A DNA stretch of 64,000 nt. It comes from a virus. Its lineage: Duplodnaviria > Caudoviricetes. Positions 20,966 through 31,089 of this stretch are shown piece after piece (position 1 is the stretch's first letter; each line of letters opens with the position of its first letter). Below the pieces are notes generated by a model. The model saw only the letters and a program-made list of their open reading frames with translations, was not told the origin of the DNA and made no database searches. The translations under genes and the position numbers were made by a program. The stretch is taken from positions 48,217 through 112,216 of the IMG/VR virus record IMGVR_UViG_3300010262_000138; one strand, given 5' to 3'.

Positions 20966-21877
20966 ATGTACGATAAAGAATCGCTGGCAAAAATCAATGC
21001 GGAATATCTAGGCTCTCATTACAGAATTTCCGATCAGGATGTAAAAATTGCAAATGATTGGGTTGCCCTAATTGAAGCAAGCCGGGACCCTCACCGCCCT
21101 GTGGTGGGGGATATAATCCGTTTTACGAATAAGTACAGCGAATATTATCCTCATGCTCATATTGAAAAAGTCACAGAAGACGGCGCGGAGGTCTGTGAAA
21201 GTCCTTATGTTCCATTTGTAGGGCGTTTGTCCAACAATGATCTCTATTGTTCCACCAGCGGGGGAGCATGGACAACACTGGAAATTGAGAAAATCCGGTA
21301 TGCCGGCAAAGAGCTGAAAACCTTCTGCGATTGGGGAAGCTGCGGCGCCTGTGCTCATGGTGCGATTGACTTTGAAGCCGAGGTCAACGTGTGGGAATAT
21401 ACCGCAGAGCACCTTCGCTTTGGAGAATTTACGACAAGGAATTGGAGACGGGATTTTATTTCCTATTGCGAAAAAGACAGAGACGGCATCCCATATCACT
21501 ATTTTGGTAATTATCATGCGTATAAGACGGAGAAAGAGTATATGGCATGGCTCCTGACCTATAAAGGAGTGGAATTTGAAGGAAACTGGCCGAATCAAAC
21601 GGTGGTTTTCTTTTACCGGAAGGCAGAGTACTTAATTTCTCGGGAAGAATGGGACAAACTCAGTTATCCCACAGATACTCGCATGATGAACGGTTCCATT
21701 ATGCTGATCAAATATTGGTATGACGACGAGCAGCACGTCATTCATGAATACCGGTATGACAATAAGGGAGATTTGGATTGGCGCACTTGCTATCCCTACC
21801 GCGCTGCGATGGAAAGAATCGAAAGAGGAGAATTCAAGAGGAAAATCAGTCCGCAGACAAGATTTGGGGAGGAGTAA
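20966..21877 (+). CDS. DUF4121-like protein
   Basis: P.VGD...CESPYVPF...STSGG.W...F.DWG..GACA.GA..F.A.V.VWEY motif. Confidence 0.7.
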   Translation: MYDKESLAKINAEYLGSHYRISDQDVKIANDWVALIEASRDPHRPVVGDIIRFTNKYSEYYPHAHIEKVTEDGAEVCESPYVPFVGRLSNNDLYCSTSGGAWTTLEIEKIRYAGKELKTFCDWGSCGACAHGAIDFEAEVNVWEYTAEHLRFGEFTTRNWRRDFISYCEKDRDGIPYHYFGNYHAYKTEKEYMAWLLTYKGVEFEGNWPNQTVVFFYRKAEYLISREEWDKLSYPTDTRMMNGSIMLIKYWYDDEQHVIHEYRYDNKGDLDWRTCYPYRAAMERIERGEFKRKISPQTRFGEE

Positions 21878-21879
21878 AA

Positions 21880-22263
21880 ATGCAATACGATGTGAGCTAT
21901 TTAGCTGAGGTTGTCAATGACGCACTCAATGAAGAAGAGTGGTTTCATATGTGCACAAAAAACTTGCCGCGTGGATATATTCCCGATATGGATCCGAGCT
22001 CGGCTCATCGATGGGGCGAGCTAACAGAGCGAAGGTCTGGTGCGTGGAATGCTGTGTCGGTAGCCTGTAAACTGCTTGAAGTAGATCAGGCTCGTCTGAT
22101 TGCGGTGGTAAAGAGCATAAACCGCAATGAAAGACGAAACAAGTATCGGTTTGCAGTACATATCAAATACGAAGATGCCTTTAGAGAGTATGTTTCTTCT
22201 GCATGGGATCGGATTTGGTCAGAGGAATATTATCAAAGTACGGGCAGGAAGATAAAAAGATAG
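21880..22263 (+). CDS. Hypothetical protein
   Basis: GGAGGAG RBS before MQYDV. Confidence 0.7.
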   Translation: MQYDVSYLAEVVNDALNEEEWFHMCTKNLPRGYIPDMDPSSAHRWGELTERRSGAWNAVSVACKLLEVDQARLIAVVKSINRNERRNKYRFAVHIKYEDAFREYVSSAWDRIWSEEYYQSTGRKIKR

Positions 22264-22266
22264 GAG

Positions 22267-22709
22267 TGATTCAGGTGGCGAAAACAGAATTAAACAAGAC
22301 TTTAGAACTCCATAAAATGTGGATAGATGGTAAGGAAGGCGGGATAAAAGCAGACCTGAGAGGGGCAGACCTGAGAGGGGCAGACCTGAGAGGGGCAGAC
22401 CTGAGAGGGGCAGACCTGAGAGGGGCAGACCTGAGAGGGGCAAACCTGAGATATGCAGACCTGAGAGGTGCAGACCTGAGAGATGCAAGCCTGAGAGGGG
22501 CAGACCTTGACTTTTCCTGCTTTCCGATATGGTGCGGTGGTTTACATATTAAGACTGACCGCAGAATTATGGCACAACTCGCTTATCATTTCTGTGCTCA
22601 GGACTGTGACGATCCTGATTACTTGAAGGCACGTAATGCCATTCTGGATTTTGCAAATACATTCCACCGCGTTGAAGAATGCGGAAAATTGGAGGTGATT
22701 GGAGAATGA
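22267..22709 (+). CDS. Pentapeptide-repeat protein
   Basis: (ADLRG)n repeats; C-terminal [12 protein letters not shown]. Confidence 0.9.
22350..22508 (+). repeat. 15-bp tandem repeat GCAGACCTGAGAGGG encoding the pentapeptides
   Basis: About 10 units, the first six identical. Confidence 0.95.
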
Positions 22710-22739
22710 GCGATCTAATTAGCCAAGGAGGGACAAACA

Positions 22740-23078
22740 ATGGCTGACTGTTGTAACTGCGTACATAAGAAATTATGTTATGAAATTTGTGAATTGGAAT
22801 ATGACTACGATGATTCAACGTGTAGTTGGTGTATGTCTCCAACCTGTCCAGAGAAAACAGAGTGCAAATACTTTACCCCCGTCATCGATGCCGCGACTAT
22901 GGGGCATGGGCGGTGGATGTCGGTTGATATATTCGGTGAAGACCCGTATTCCTGTTCAGAGTGCGGAAACGGTGTGAATGTTTACGGGTATGATTTTTGC
23001 CCCAGCTGCGGTATGCCGATGACCGATAGAGCTATTGAGATTCTGAAGAAGAGAATGGACGGGGCTGATAATGAGTAA
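22740..23078 (+). CDS. Zn-ribbon hypothetical protein
   Basis: HGRW...CSECG...FCPSCG motifs. Confidence 0.75.
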   Translation: MADCCNCVHKKLCYEICELEYDYDDSTCSWCMSPTCPEKTECKYFTPVIDAATMGHGRWMSVDIFGEDPYSCSECGNGVNVYGYDFCPSCGMPMTDRAIEILKKRMDGADNE

Positions 23079-23105
23079 ATGGATTTCGGTTGAAAGGAGC
23101 GCAGG

Positions 23106-23291
23106 ATGAACGATAGGTTCCCGAAAGATTGCTGGGATAAGAAGTGCCAGTATTTCCATGCATGGGACATGAGCGTTGATGACTTGTGTTGTGCTTGTGA
23201 TTTGCTGAAAACACAATGCGACGCTTGCGACGAAGATTATTCGCTTTTGAGGTGCCCACTGAAAACGGATATGCCGGGGGAGAAAGTATGA
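23106..23291 (+). CDS. Small Cys-rich protein
   Basis: Coupled ORF with RBS. Confidence 0.55.
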   Translation: MNDRFPKDCWDKKCQYFHAWDMSVDDLCCACDLLKTQCDACDEDYSLLRCPLKTDMPGEKV

Positions 23292-23590
23292 TTTGTGGAA
23301 GATGTGGTAAAGAGTTTAGACAATACCCACTCGCTCGTGCATCTTGGTATTGCGACGATTGTAGGAACGTATTGTTTAAGCCGAAGAAAAAGGTCATGAC
23401 CAACGCCGACCGCATCCGGGCCATGACCGACGAGGAATTAGCAGAACTATTCTACGCGATAGCTGATAAAAGAGAGTCGTGTTTAAAAATCTGCAACAAT
23501 CTTGACTGGTGCAGAAGAAATAATGCTCCGGAACCTATATGCCAGAATCACTATTTAGACTGGCTCCGCCAGCCAGCGAAGGAGGTTTGA
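23288..23590 (+). CDS. Zn-finger plus TNADRIRAM-type hypothetical protein (paralog of 35607-35900)
   Basis: 5' half nearly identical to the 35607 ORF. Confidence 0.75.
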   Translation: MICGRCGKEFRQYPLARASWYCDDCRNVLFKPKKKVMTNADRIRAMTDEELAELFYAIADKRESCLKICNNLDWCRRNNAPEPICQNHYLDWLRQPAKEV

Positions 23591-23824
23591 CCATGAGCGA
23601 CATACTCAAAATTGTGTTGGTAGCTCTTGCCTGCCCGCTTTATTTACCGTTGATATTGGAGGAGGATTGACCATCCATTTCGTTGAAAAGAATATTCATG
23701 GAGCATGGGTCATTTATGGAGATTTGAGAATCCAACATTATTATTACTTCACAAAACGAGAGGCGATGAGGCAATACCGAGAAGAATGGTATCGGAGGCA
23801 GGGGCAGTTTATTAACAGAAGGGT

Positions 23825-24133
23825 TTGATAATTATGATATCCATGAAAAATCGCGGTCCCGATGAAGATCTCGCACTTTCAAAAATGCCGTTTTACTTCC
23901 GATATCGAAACGCAGCATGGAATACATATGTGAGACTTGGAGAGGTTATCAGGTCTACAAACCCGTATTTTGGGACTGAGGAAAAGCAATGCTCCGGGCA
24001 TATCTGCCGGGTTTTGTGCCCCAATAAAACCTATGACGAGGCTCTTGTTATCCGGGACGACGGCACTGTATGGAAGATTTGGCTTTCCAATTTTCAAAAT
24101 TGGAATCTAATTGCGGTACAAATTGATATATGA
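23825..24133 (+). CDS. Hypothetical protein
   Basis: Co-directional ORF. Confidence 0.55.
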   Translation: MIIMISMKNRGPDEDLALSKMPFYFRYRNAAWNTYVRLGEVIRSTNPYFGTEEKQCSGHICRVLCPNKTYDEALVIRDDGTVWKIWLSNFQNWNLIAVQIDI

Positions 24134-24146
24134 AGGGGTAAATGAA

Positions 24147-24359
24147 ATGGGTAATTATCCTGTAAAGGAGTACGTGGTTTACCGAAATCCACATGGGCAG
24201 ATTCTTATTGATTGGAATGAAACCCTGTGGGAATTCGGATATCCCTCATCTCCAAAGAGCGCCTGTGTAGAATTGGAGCGAGGGATGTGTGAGGGCGGTC
24301 CTAATTTAATCATGGTAGCTGGTATGATGAGAAAAAAGTACGGGGAGGGACAGGGATGA
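24147..24359 (+). CDS. Hypothetical protein
   Basis: AAGGGG RBS before MGNYP. Confidence 0.6.
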   Translation: MGNYPVKEYVVYRNPHGQILIDWNETLWEFGYPSSPKSACVELERGMCEGGPNLIMVAGMMRKKYGEGQG

Positions 24360-24634
24360 ATATTACGCACGAAGATGGTCTCTGGGTTATTGAATCAACG
24401 TCGGGAAGAACATTTCTCACCGAGCGTGAGGCTTATGAACTTACCGGAGAAGTATTACGGAAAGTGCTCTGGGGAGAGGTAGAAATGCGATGGGATGAAG
24501 ATTCACATTGGTCTGACATTCTCGCTGCAAAAGGCGAGATTGTTGAAGCTTTAACGGATTATATTGATAACTGTGTAGATGGAGATACAGTGTTTGAAGC
24601 CGTGGAGCGGTTCGTAAATTTTGATAATGAATAG
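24356..24634 (+). CDS. Hypothetical protein
   Basis: Coupled ORF. Confidence 0.65.
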   Translation: MNITHEDGLWVIESTSGRTFLTEREAYELTGEVLRKVLWGEVEMRWDEDSHWSDILAAKGEIVEALTDYIDNCVDGDTVFEAVERFVNFDNE

Positions 24635-24646
24635 TAAATCAAATGG

Positions 24647-24737
24647 TTCCGGCCTTGTGCCGGGTAGGGACTGGTCATCCTTATCCGCTCCTTTCGGCGG
24701 GTACAGCAGCAATGCTGTGCCCGGCAGAGGGCCGGAG
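24647..24737 (+). ncRNA. Candidate intergenic multibranch RNA structure
   Basis: Closing helices 24648-56/24728-36 and 24658-66/24718-26 enclose three small hairpins. Confidence 0.4.
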
Positions 24738-24763
24738 CGTAGAATGGCATATGGAGGACGAAA

Positions 24764-25144
24764 ATGCTAAAAGGTTATACGCCATCTGAATATCGGGTTG
24801 AGACAACCTACGAACTGACTTTCGATGACGGTTGCGGAAATGGATTTGGATTTCCCTGCGATAAAGACGGTAACATTTTGGAAGGGGAGGAACAGAATCC
24901 AGCAGCCTATGAGAATTATTACTATTGTATGGAGCACCCAGAGCGGTTTGTTAGGATCAATAAGGTAGTCCCACAAAAGTTTAGGGTGCGTAACAATGCT
25001 CATGGGATATGTTCATGCGGAGCAGAAGTTGAGCTTTATAATCAATACCTTGGTGCATGTGAATGCCCGAAATGTGGACAGTGGTATAACCTGTTCGGCC
25101 AAGAAATTACGAATCCGGAATATTGGGAGGACGAGCCGTTATAA
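24764..25144 (+). CDS. Zn-ribbon hypothetical protein
   Basis: GFPCD...C.CG...C.KCGQWYNLFGQ motifs. Confidence 0.75.
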   Translation: MLKGYTPSEYRVETTYELTFDDGCGNGFGFPCDKDGNILEGEEQNPAAYENYYYCMEHPERFVRINKVVPQKFRVRNNAHGICSCGAEVELYNQYLGACECPKCGQWYNLFGQEITNPEYWEDEPL

Positions 25145-25159
25145 GGGAGGTTTTGACAG

Positions 25160-25351
25160 ATGGAATTATATGAACTAACTCTGGATCAGCTTGAAGAGCT
25201 GCGCGATACCCTTTACTGGCAATGGCTTGATGAAAGCAAAATCTATGCGGACTATGAGGTAACAGATCAAGAAGTATATGATGAGTTCAGCGGCGTTTCA
25301 TTTGTAAATGATGATTTCTTCTGCACTGCGGGGAAGGAGGAAGATTGTTGA
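25160..25351 (+). CDS. Small acidic hypothetical protein
   Basis: GGGAGG RBS; F.NDDFFC motif. Confidence 0.65.
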   Translation: MELYELTLDQLEELRDTLYWQWLDESKIYADYEVTDQEVYDEFSGVSFVNDDFFCTAGKEEDC

Positions 25352-25608
25352 TTTCATATATGAAAAGCTATGATGCGTGGGAAAGCGATCCATACGGGGT
25401 TTGTTATATCCCTGAAAACAACGAGGGAGATCCGGATGACTGCTATACCAAAAATGACTTTATCAATCTGTGTGACGGCGATGAAATCAAGGCCAAAATC
25501 GTTTTTGATCTGTGTTCGTGGGAGCATCCGGAATGTATTTTAGATCAGTGGGACGAAGAAGATGAAGAGGCTTTACTTAAATTGAAGGGGAAGCATGATG
25601 ATTGTTAG
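25345..25608 (+). CDS. Hypothetical protein
   Basis: VCYIPE...YT..DF...W.HP motif. Confidence 0.65.
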   Translation: MLISYMKSYDAWESDPYGVCYIPENNEGDPDDCYTKNDFINLCDGDEIKAKIVFDLCSWEHPECILDQWDEEDEEALLKLKGKHDDC

Positions 25609-25789
25609 AGATTTGCGTGTCCTTAAAGCTATTGGACGCAGATATGGAATGGAGTTTGATCCCACCTTTAAGTACTGCGTAAAGCATGACTACAATTCGT
25701 TTTTACATATTTCATATCGTGGGGAGGAGTACCGGTTATTATACTTTCCGGGTTGTTTTTGCCCATTTTTGGTTCAGTGTGGCCAGTAA
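25595..25789 (+). CDS. Small hypothetical protein
   Basis: Y..GCF.PF motif, coupled ORF. Confidence 0.55.
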   Translation: MMIVRDLRVLKAIGRRYGMEFDPTFKYCVKHDYNSFLHISYRGEEYRLLYFPGCFCPFLVQCGQ

Positions 25790-25815
25790 ACACAAATGAA
25801 AAAGGAGTGAATTTT

Positions 25816-26808
25816 ATGGACACCAATAAAAGTAAAATGCAAATTGCCGTAGAAGATTTTCTGGAACAAAGGATGTATTCGTTCCAGAAGCAGCCGGACG
25901 GTACATATATTGAGGAAATCTGTGCGGACTACCGAGATGAGATGTCAGTGAAGAGCGCCGGAGAAATCCTGAGAGACGCAGATACTGAAGCCGCCTTTTA
26001 TGATTACATTGACGAATGCTATCTTTATACGATTTCTGACATGGAAGGAGAGCTGGAATCTGATGCGAGAAAGGCACTGACCGATGACGACGGACCGTTC
26101 CCGGAAGGGTTCACAGATGAAGAAGATGAGGAGTTTATTGATCTTCTGCGTGAGTATGTAGTGTTTCAGCCTCCGTATGATCATTATCTGAAGCAGGAAT
26201 TCTGCGTTAATATCATGATTGATACGGGAGACGGAAACTATGATTTTACCCTGAACGCTCACTATCCCTGCTATTATGGCGGAGATGCGGGAGATCAGAT
26301 TGATGAAAAGGCCGGGATTGTATGGCTCGCAAAGACGCAGGGATATACGGAGGAGCAACTCCGTAAAGCTCTTGATGAAGGCGATATGGCAAATCCAAAA
26401 GGCTTTTTGCAGAGTATGCGGGTAGAGATGGCAAATATGGCGTCTCATATGCAGGTGGTGACTTTCCTTGTCAAAATGGATTTTGAAACGCTGATGCGCC
26501 TGAACCGGCTGATTAAGCTTCAGGACCGCAACGGTCGCAATTATGACGCCAGTAAGAATCCAGAATGTGGAGATATTATTCTGGGAAAAGAAACGATGTG
26601 CGGTTTATACGATTATTGTAACGGCGGCGGCAGCGTTCTTGAAGTGGAACTTGAAAAGGACGTGAGGGTTCCGATCAAGTATATTTATTCCGCGTTGCCG
26701 GACGGCGCCGGCCCCGGATACAGCATTGAGAATGTTTACGGCATGTGCGAAAGTGCATGGAGGGATACGGTAAAGGAAATTTGTGAACTGAAAGAGGAGG
26801 CGGCATAG
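25816..26808 (+). CDS. Acidic hypothetical protein
   Basis: AAGGAG RBS before MDTNK; ~330 aa. Confidence 0.8.
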   Translation: MDTNKSKMQIAVEDFLEQRMYSFQKQPDGTYIEEICADYRDEMSVKSAGEILRDADTEAAFYDYIDECYLYTISDMEGELESDARKALTDDDGPFPEGFTDEEDEEFIDLLREYVVFQPPYDHYLKQEFCVNIMIDTGDGNYDFTLNAHYPCYYGGDAGDQIDEKAGIVWLAKTQGYTEEQLRKALDEGDMANPKGFLQSMRVEMANMASHMQVVTFLVKMDFETLMRLNRLIKLQDRNGRNYDASKNPECGDIILGKETMCGLYDYCNGGGSVLEVELEKDVRVPIKYIYSALPDGAGPGYSIENVYGMCESAWRDTVKEICELKEEAA

Positions 26809-27123
26809 ATGCCGTATCAAACGGTAACGAGCCCTTGTTATTCCTGCAGGGAAGAGAGCTGCAAAGACTGCATCCACAGGGTTTATGCTTCAGGCAGGAC
26901 TTTCAGCGATGCGGAGGTCGAAAATTTGTGGCGTGAAAATTTCGATATTGCATGGGATGAAGACGAAGATGGAGATCTGGTCTTGGGTCAGCTCTGGCGG
27001 GGTTTTCCCGTTGGGGGATTTACAAATGACGACTGGTTTTATTGGATTGATGACCGGCATTCCAAAGGGGTTGGCTGGGTATATGAAAATATCAGTCCTT
27101 ATGATTTTGAAATTGGAGGATAA
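26809..27123 (+). CDS. Hypothetical protein
   Basis: W.GFP.G...W.W.D.RHSKGV motif. Confidence 0.7.
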   Translation: MPYQTVTSPCYSCREESCKDCIHRVYASGRTFSDAEVENLWRENFDIAWDEDEDGDLVLGQLWRGFPVGGFTNDDWFYWIDDRHSKGVGWVYENISPYDFEIGG

Positions 27124-27125
27124 CA

Positions 27126-27329
27126 ATGGTTAAAACAAATGACAGAGCCGAATTTATCGGACAGATTATTGATATTTTTGAGGATTTTCTGGCGGAAAAG
27201 GGGATTGAAATCCCCAACGACGACAGGGAAGACGAGAACGATGCCATTATTTACGGATTGGATTACGGAGAACTGCAGACAAATCTGGAATCCATGATGA
27301 CTGCGTGGGGCGTATTGGAGGAGATGTGA
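27126..27329 (+). CDS. Small acidic hypothetical protein
   Basis: GGAGG RBS. Confidence 0.65.
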   Translation: MVKTNDRAEFIGQIIDIFEDFLAEKGIEIPNDDREDENDAIIYGLDYGELQTNLESMMTAWGVLEEM

Positions 27330-27330
27330 G

Positions 27331-27606
27331 ATGGAAAGCTCTAAGGATTATAGATTCTTCAAACGTAAGGCATATTTGATCCGGGAAGAGGATTTTACCG
27401 AAGTAATGCAGGAGCTTCTGGATGATTCCACTCTTGAAATTGAGCGCGGTTATCCCGTTTTGTCGATGTATAGCAGCGGTTCAGATACCGGTTATGATGA
27501 GGAAGAAATCATAGACCGGATCGGTTGGTATCTCAAGGAAAAGATTATAAACTGCTGCTATTTGAAGGATTTAGGACAGATTTACTTTGTCTGTGAAGGA
27601 GCGTAA
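27331..27606 (+). CDS. Hypothetical protein
   Basis: Coupled ORF. Confidence 0.65.
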   Translation: MESSKDYRFFKRKAYLIREEDFTEVMQELLDDSTLEIERGYPVLSMYSSGSDTGYDEEEIIDRIGWYLKEKIINCCYLKDLGQIYFVCEGA

Positions 27607-27610
27607 CGAC

Positions 27611-28000
27611 ATGAGCAAGCAGAAAGTCTTTACAGTTCGGGCAGAGATCGCAGCAAATCTGACCATTGAAAATATCGATGATATCATGGCTTCTGCTCTC
27701 GAAGGGGGAATTAACTATTGGTGCTCTGAAGCAGAGGTAGTCGAAGAAAAGCGATGCGCCGATTGGGGTCATGAGCAAATCGCCAGAGGAGGCGCCCTTA
27801 TTCTCCATGATGCGGAAAGCGATGATAAATGGGAACTGAATCTGGAGAAATTCCTGAACGGTTTCAAGCTCTGGCTGGAAAACGGAGGCGATCAGTACAG
27901 TGCGGTGGAGAATGGAGAGGTGGACTGCTGCAAAATCGACGGCGGATGTGCAGATGAGATCGTCCAGTACGCAATTTTTGGAGAGGTGGTGTACGGATAA
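27611..28000 (+). CDS. Hypothetical protein
   Basis: ALEGGINYW...D...AD.IVQ.AIFGEVVYG phage motif. Confidence 0.75.
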   Translation: MSKQKVFTVRAEIAANLTIENIDDIMASALEGGINYWCSEAEVVEEKRCADWGHEQIARGGALILHDAESDDKWELNLEKFLNGFKLWLENGGDQYSAVENGEVDCCKIDGGCADEIVQYAIFGEVVYG

Positions 28001-28191
28001 TGGGCTCAGAAACTATCACAGGTATTCTTCTGGATGAAGCCTGCCGCCAGTGGTGCGACGGGATTGAAGATGCGCCAGAACGGCTTTCAGGGAAAGGATT
28101 TTCTGATTTCTTCCGGCAGATTGTTGCGGATAAGCGGGAGGAATACGATAAAGAAATTGCATCCCAGCTTAAAAATCAGAGTAAGTCATGA
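28000..28191 (+). CDS. Small hypothetical protein
   Basis: Coupled ORF. Confidence 0.55.
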   Translation: MGSETITGILLDEACRQWCDGIEDAPERLSGKGFSDFFRQIVADKREEYDKEIASQLKNQSKS

Positions 28192-28222
28192 TTTGGTGTT
28201 GGCCCGCTGAATCAGATGAAAT

Positions 28223-28264
28223 CCATCCACATCAAAATGTGCGGGTATTTTTGCGCCATTTTTC
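28223..28264 (+). promoter_or_regulatory. CCATCCACATCA leader motif, copy 4
   Basis: 12-mer plus CGGGTATTTTTGCGCCATTTTTCA. Confidence 0.65.
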
Positions 28265-28287
28265 AAAAAGAAACGGGGAGGAGTTAA

Positions 28288-28719
28288 ATGCTTAATACAC
28301 ACGGGTACAAAATGCTGGGACTCAAAAGAGCTGCGGAAGAAACGAAATCGCTTCAGGGATATTATTTTGGCCAGTATATTCAGATTAGCTATAATTACAG
28401 TACTGGGGAGGTGTTTACAGATTACCACGTCAGCTTAGGACTTAATTCATGGACACAGTATTTTGATCCTGCCGTCATTATGGTTTGCTTTACCAGCAAG
28501 CCGATGACGATGCAGGAAATTGCGGATAATATTGCAGATAAGGTTGGCATGTATTGTACTGATCGTCAAGATCAAACATCAAAAGAAGAAACTTATATAG
28601 ACCTGTTAGATAGGTTAAGGGAATCGTTGGAGACTGACCGGATCCCCTCTGCAGACAGAGAAAAGATTGATTCTTTGCTTGATAATTTATGTATTATTTT
28701 GGAAAAATACAGCGGATGA
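28288..28719 (+). CDS. Hypothetical protein
   Basis: GGAGGAG RBS. Confidence 0.7.
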   Translation: MLNTHGYKMLGLKRAAEETKSLQGYYFGQYIQISYNYSTGEVFTDYHVSLGLNSWTQYFDPAVIMVCFTSKPMTMQEIADNIADKVGMYCTDRQDQTSKEETYIDLLDRLRESLETDRIPSADREKIDSLLDNLCIILEKYSG

Positions 28720-28742
28720 ATGTCGAAAAAAGGAGATAATAG

Positions 28743-29099
28743 ATGACAAACCAGGAAATTATTGATGTTCTTTATCGTGATGGATATCATGCCGCCGCCC
28801 GACTTTTAGAGCAGTATGTCTCAGATAAGGTTTACGTGATTCTTCACCGCTGGGAAGATGAAGACGCCGGTGGATATGAGCTGTCCTACGCTTACCAGAA
28901 CAAAGAAGACGCCATTAGAAAAATGCACGAACTGGCGGAAACGGAAAGGCGACAGGTAAAAGCGGAATACGATATGGAATTTAATCCCGACTTTTGCGAT
29001 GAATGCGACGAACTGGTTACATTTGGCTGGTACGGGCCTCCGTTTTGCTGTGACTGTACATGGTCGTGGAGCGTTGAAGAGTTGGAGGTAAATGGATGA
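28743..29099 (+). CDS. Hypothetical protein
   Basis: AAGGAG RBS. Confidence 0.7.
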   Translation: MTNQEIIDVLYRDGYHAAARLLEQYVSDKVYVILHRWEDEDAGGYELSYAYQNKEDAIRKMHELAETERRQVKAEYDMEFNPDFCDECDELVTFGWYGPPFCCDCTWSWSVEELEVNG

Positions 29100-29362
29100 T
29101 GGAATCGATTGTTGCAACTCCGATGGGAGATCTTGTTATCAAATCATCGCTTGACACAGAACACCCCGGCGTCTATATCGATCTGCGCCGGAGAGATTTA
29201 GACGATGATGCGCCTCTTGCGCTGATCGAATACTGCGGTGACGAAGGGGACTGTCCGGGTCCGCAGATTATCACAAGGGTGTGGGGAAATGTCAGTTTTG
29301 AGGATTACACAGACCGGATTGTGCATTGTGGCTTTGATGAGTTCTTTCAAAATGAGGTTTGA
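29096..29362 (+). CDS. Hypothetical protein
   Basis: Coupled ORF. Confidence 0.65.
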   Translation: MMESIVATPMGDLVIKSSLDTEHPGVYIDLRRRDLDDDAPLALIEYCGDEGDCPGPQIITRVWGNVSFEDYTDRIVHCGFDEFFQNEV

Positions 29363-29601
29363 TTTTATGTCAAAACTGTATTTGAGCATGATAAAGTCCA
29401 ATTGTTAGGTAAAACGGAGGCTGATGTAGTATGAAATTGGAAGAGAAACAGGAGATTGCGGCAACTGCGCGAAAATTAATTTATCTGTTGATGTCTTGTG
29501 ACGACGACGACTTTGTTGATCTTGTCATGTGCTGTGTTCAGGATGCCGATACGACGTTAATAAAGCCGGAACATCTATAGAGCTTTTAGGAGGGGATATT
29601 C

Positions 29602-30450
29602 ATGCAAAGCACCGCTTTGGCTTTGCCGATAACGGAAAGTCCGCCGGAAATCCGGAGAAAAAAGCTCGTATATCCTTGGGAAGACGCCTTTGAAGCCGCT
29701 GAAGCGATGAAGGAAATCCAAAAAGGAGTAATGGCCTTCCGAAGCCTTTCGGATATTGATAAGGTGGTCTCCTATCTGCTGTCCACAGGCAATATGCGCA
29801 ACGTCTGCCTCTTTGTAATGGGCTGCAACTTCGGATTCCGTATCTCAGATCTGATGGAATTTACATGGCAGCGCGTATTGAACCACGATGGAAGCGTAAA
29901 GAAATCCACCTATAAAATTGAGAGAAAGAATCAGCACTCCCGTACCGTACATATCAATGATGCGGCAGGAACGGCGATTGGTCTTTACTATCAGAGCTTT
30001 TCAGAGCCTCCTGATCCGGAATGCGCCATGTTTTCCAGTCAGGGGAAGCGGAAGCGAAATTGCGTCCGCTCCGCAGAGGATGACGATGGAGTAATTCATA
30101 TGTGGACTGAGACGCAGCTAACGAAACAGATGGCTGCCAAGATCATCCGGGAGGCCGCAGACGCGGCGGGAGTTGTGCAGGAAGGGGACCGCTATTCTAC
30201 TCACAGCCTGCGTAAAACCTGCTTTACAGCGGCGGCGGGTTTGTATGAGGGGATCGAATTTCCCCATGATCCAACGAGCAACGCCCTGCGCTTTGCATTT
30301 GTCCAGAGCCTTGCGGGGCACAAAAATATGTCCACAACCATGAGATATTTGAACTTTGATGCGATTTTTACCGAAGAAACCTATATGGCGCTCAATCTGG
30401 GATTAACGCCGCTCCGAAAGTACGAGAAGCGCAATTCAAATATGGCATAA
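29602..30450 (+). CDS. Tyrosine recombinase family protein
   Basis: GFRISD (R), K, THSLRK, GH and Y catalytic residues all present. Confidence 0.9.
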   Translation: MQSTALALPITESPPEIRRKKLVYPWEDAFEAAEAMKEIQKGVMAFRSLSDIDKVVSYLLSTGNMRNVCLFVMGCNFGFRISDLMEFTWQRVLNHDGSVKKSTYKIERKNQHSRTVHINDAAGTAIGLYYQSFSEPPDPECAMFSSQGKRKRNCVRSAEDDDGVIHMWTETQLTKQMAAKIIREAADAAGVVQEGDRYSTHSLRKTCFTAAAGLYEGIEFPHDPTSNALRFAFVQSLAGHKNMSTTMRYLNFDAIFTEETYMALNLGLTPLRKYEKRNSNMA

Positions 30451-30526
30451 CAGGAAGGAGGGCCGGAACTTTCAGAATCCTCTGATAAAGCCGGCTGTAT
30501 CAACTAATACCGGCTGAGGAGGTTCA

Positions 30527-30868
30527 GTGAAAAAAGGAGATATTTACTACGCGGATCTCAGCCCCGTTGTCGGATCGGAGCAGGGCGGAAACCGCCCGGT
30601 TCTGATCGTTCAAAACGACGTGGGCAACCGCTACAGCCCTACGGTGATCGTAGCGGCCATTACAAGTCAAATGGGAAAGGCGAGTCTGCCTACCCATATC
30701 GGAATTTCCATGCAGGAATCCGGTTTGCCTAAAAGCTCTGTCGCTCTTCTTGAACAGATCCGCACCATCGATAAGAGCAGATTGAAGCAGTATGTGGGCA
30801 GGATCAGCAAGAGTGAAATGGCAATGGTGGACAAAGCGATTCAGGTCAGCTTTGGAATTCGAATTTAG
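30527..30868 (+). CDS. mazF: MazF/PemK-family endoribonuclease toxin
   Basis: GDIYYADLSPVVGSEQGG.RPVL.VQND.GN.YSPTVIVAAITS...LLEQIRTIDK.RL. Confidence 0.95.
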   Translation: MKKGDIYYADLSPVVGSEQGGNRPVLIVQNDVGNRYSPTVIVAAITSQMGKASLPTHIGISMQESGLPKSSVALLEQIRTIDKSRLKQYVGRISKSEMAMVDKAIQVSFGIRI

Positions 30869-30882
30869 AAGGGAGTTTATCT

Positions 30883-31089
30883 ATGGCATTATTGGTAGCA
30901 CTGGGAGTGATCGGGATCTTTGCGATGGCGCTCTACATCGGAGCGGCGGGGCTATTTGGCCAGATTGGAGGGCTTCTCATCGTAATACTGGTCATCGTGG
31001 AAGCCTGTAAAGAAACGCCGGAGCAGAAGATGGTCCGGGAAGCAATTGAGCGGAGCAACGAGAAGCTTTATGGGAGGAAGCACCTGTAA
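30883..31089 (+). CDS. Small membrane protein
   Basis: Two hydrophobic segments, RBS. Confidence 0.6.
   Translation: MALLVALGVIGIFAMALYIGAAGLFGQIGGLLIVILVIVEACKETPEQKMVREAIERSNEKLYGRKHL

Noticed and set aside
22350-22508. Non-coding tandem array
   Set aside because: Fully explained as a 15-bp in-frame pentapeptide coding repeat.
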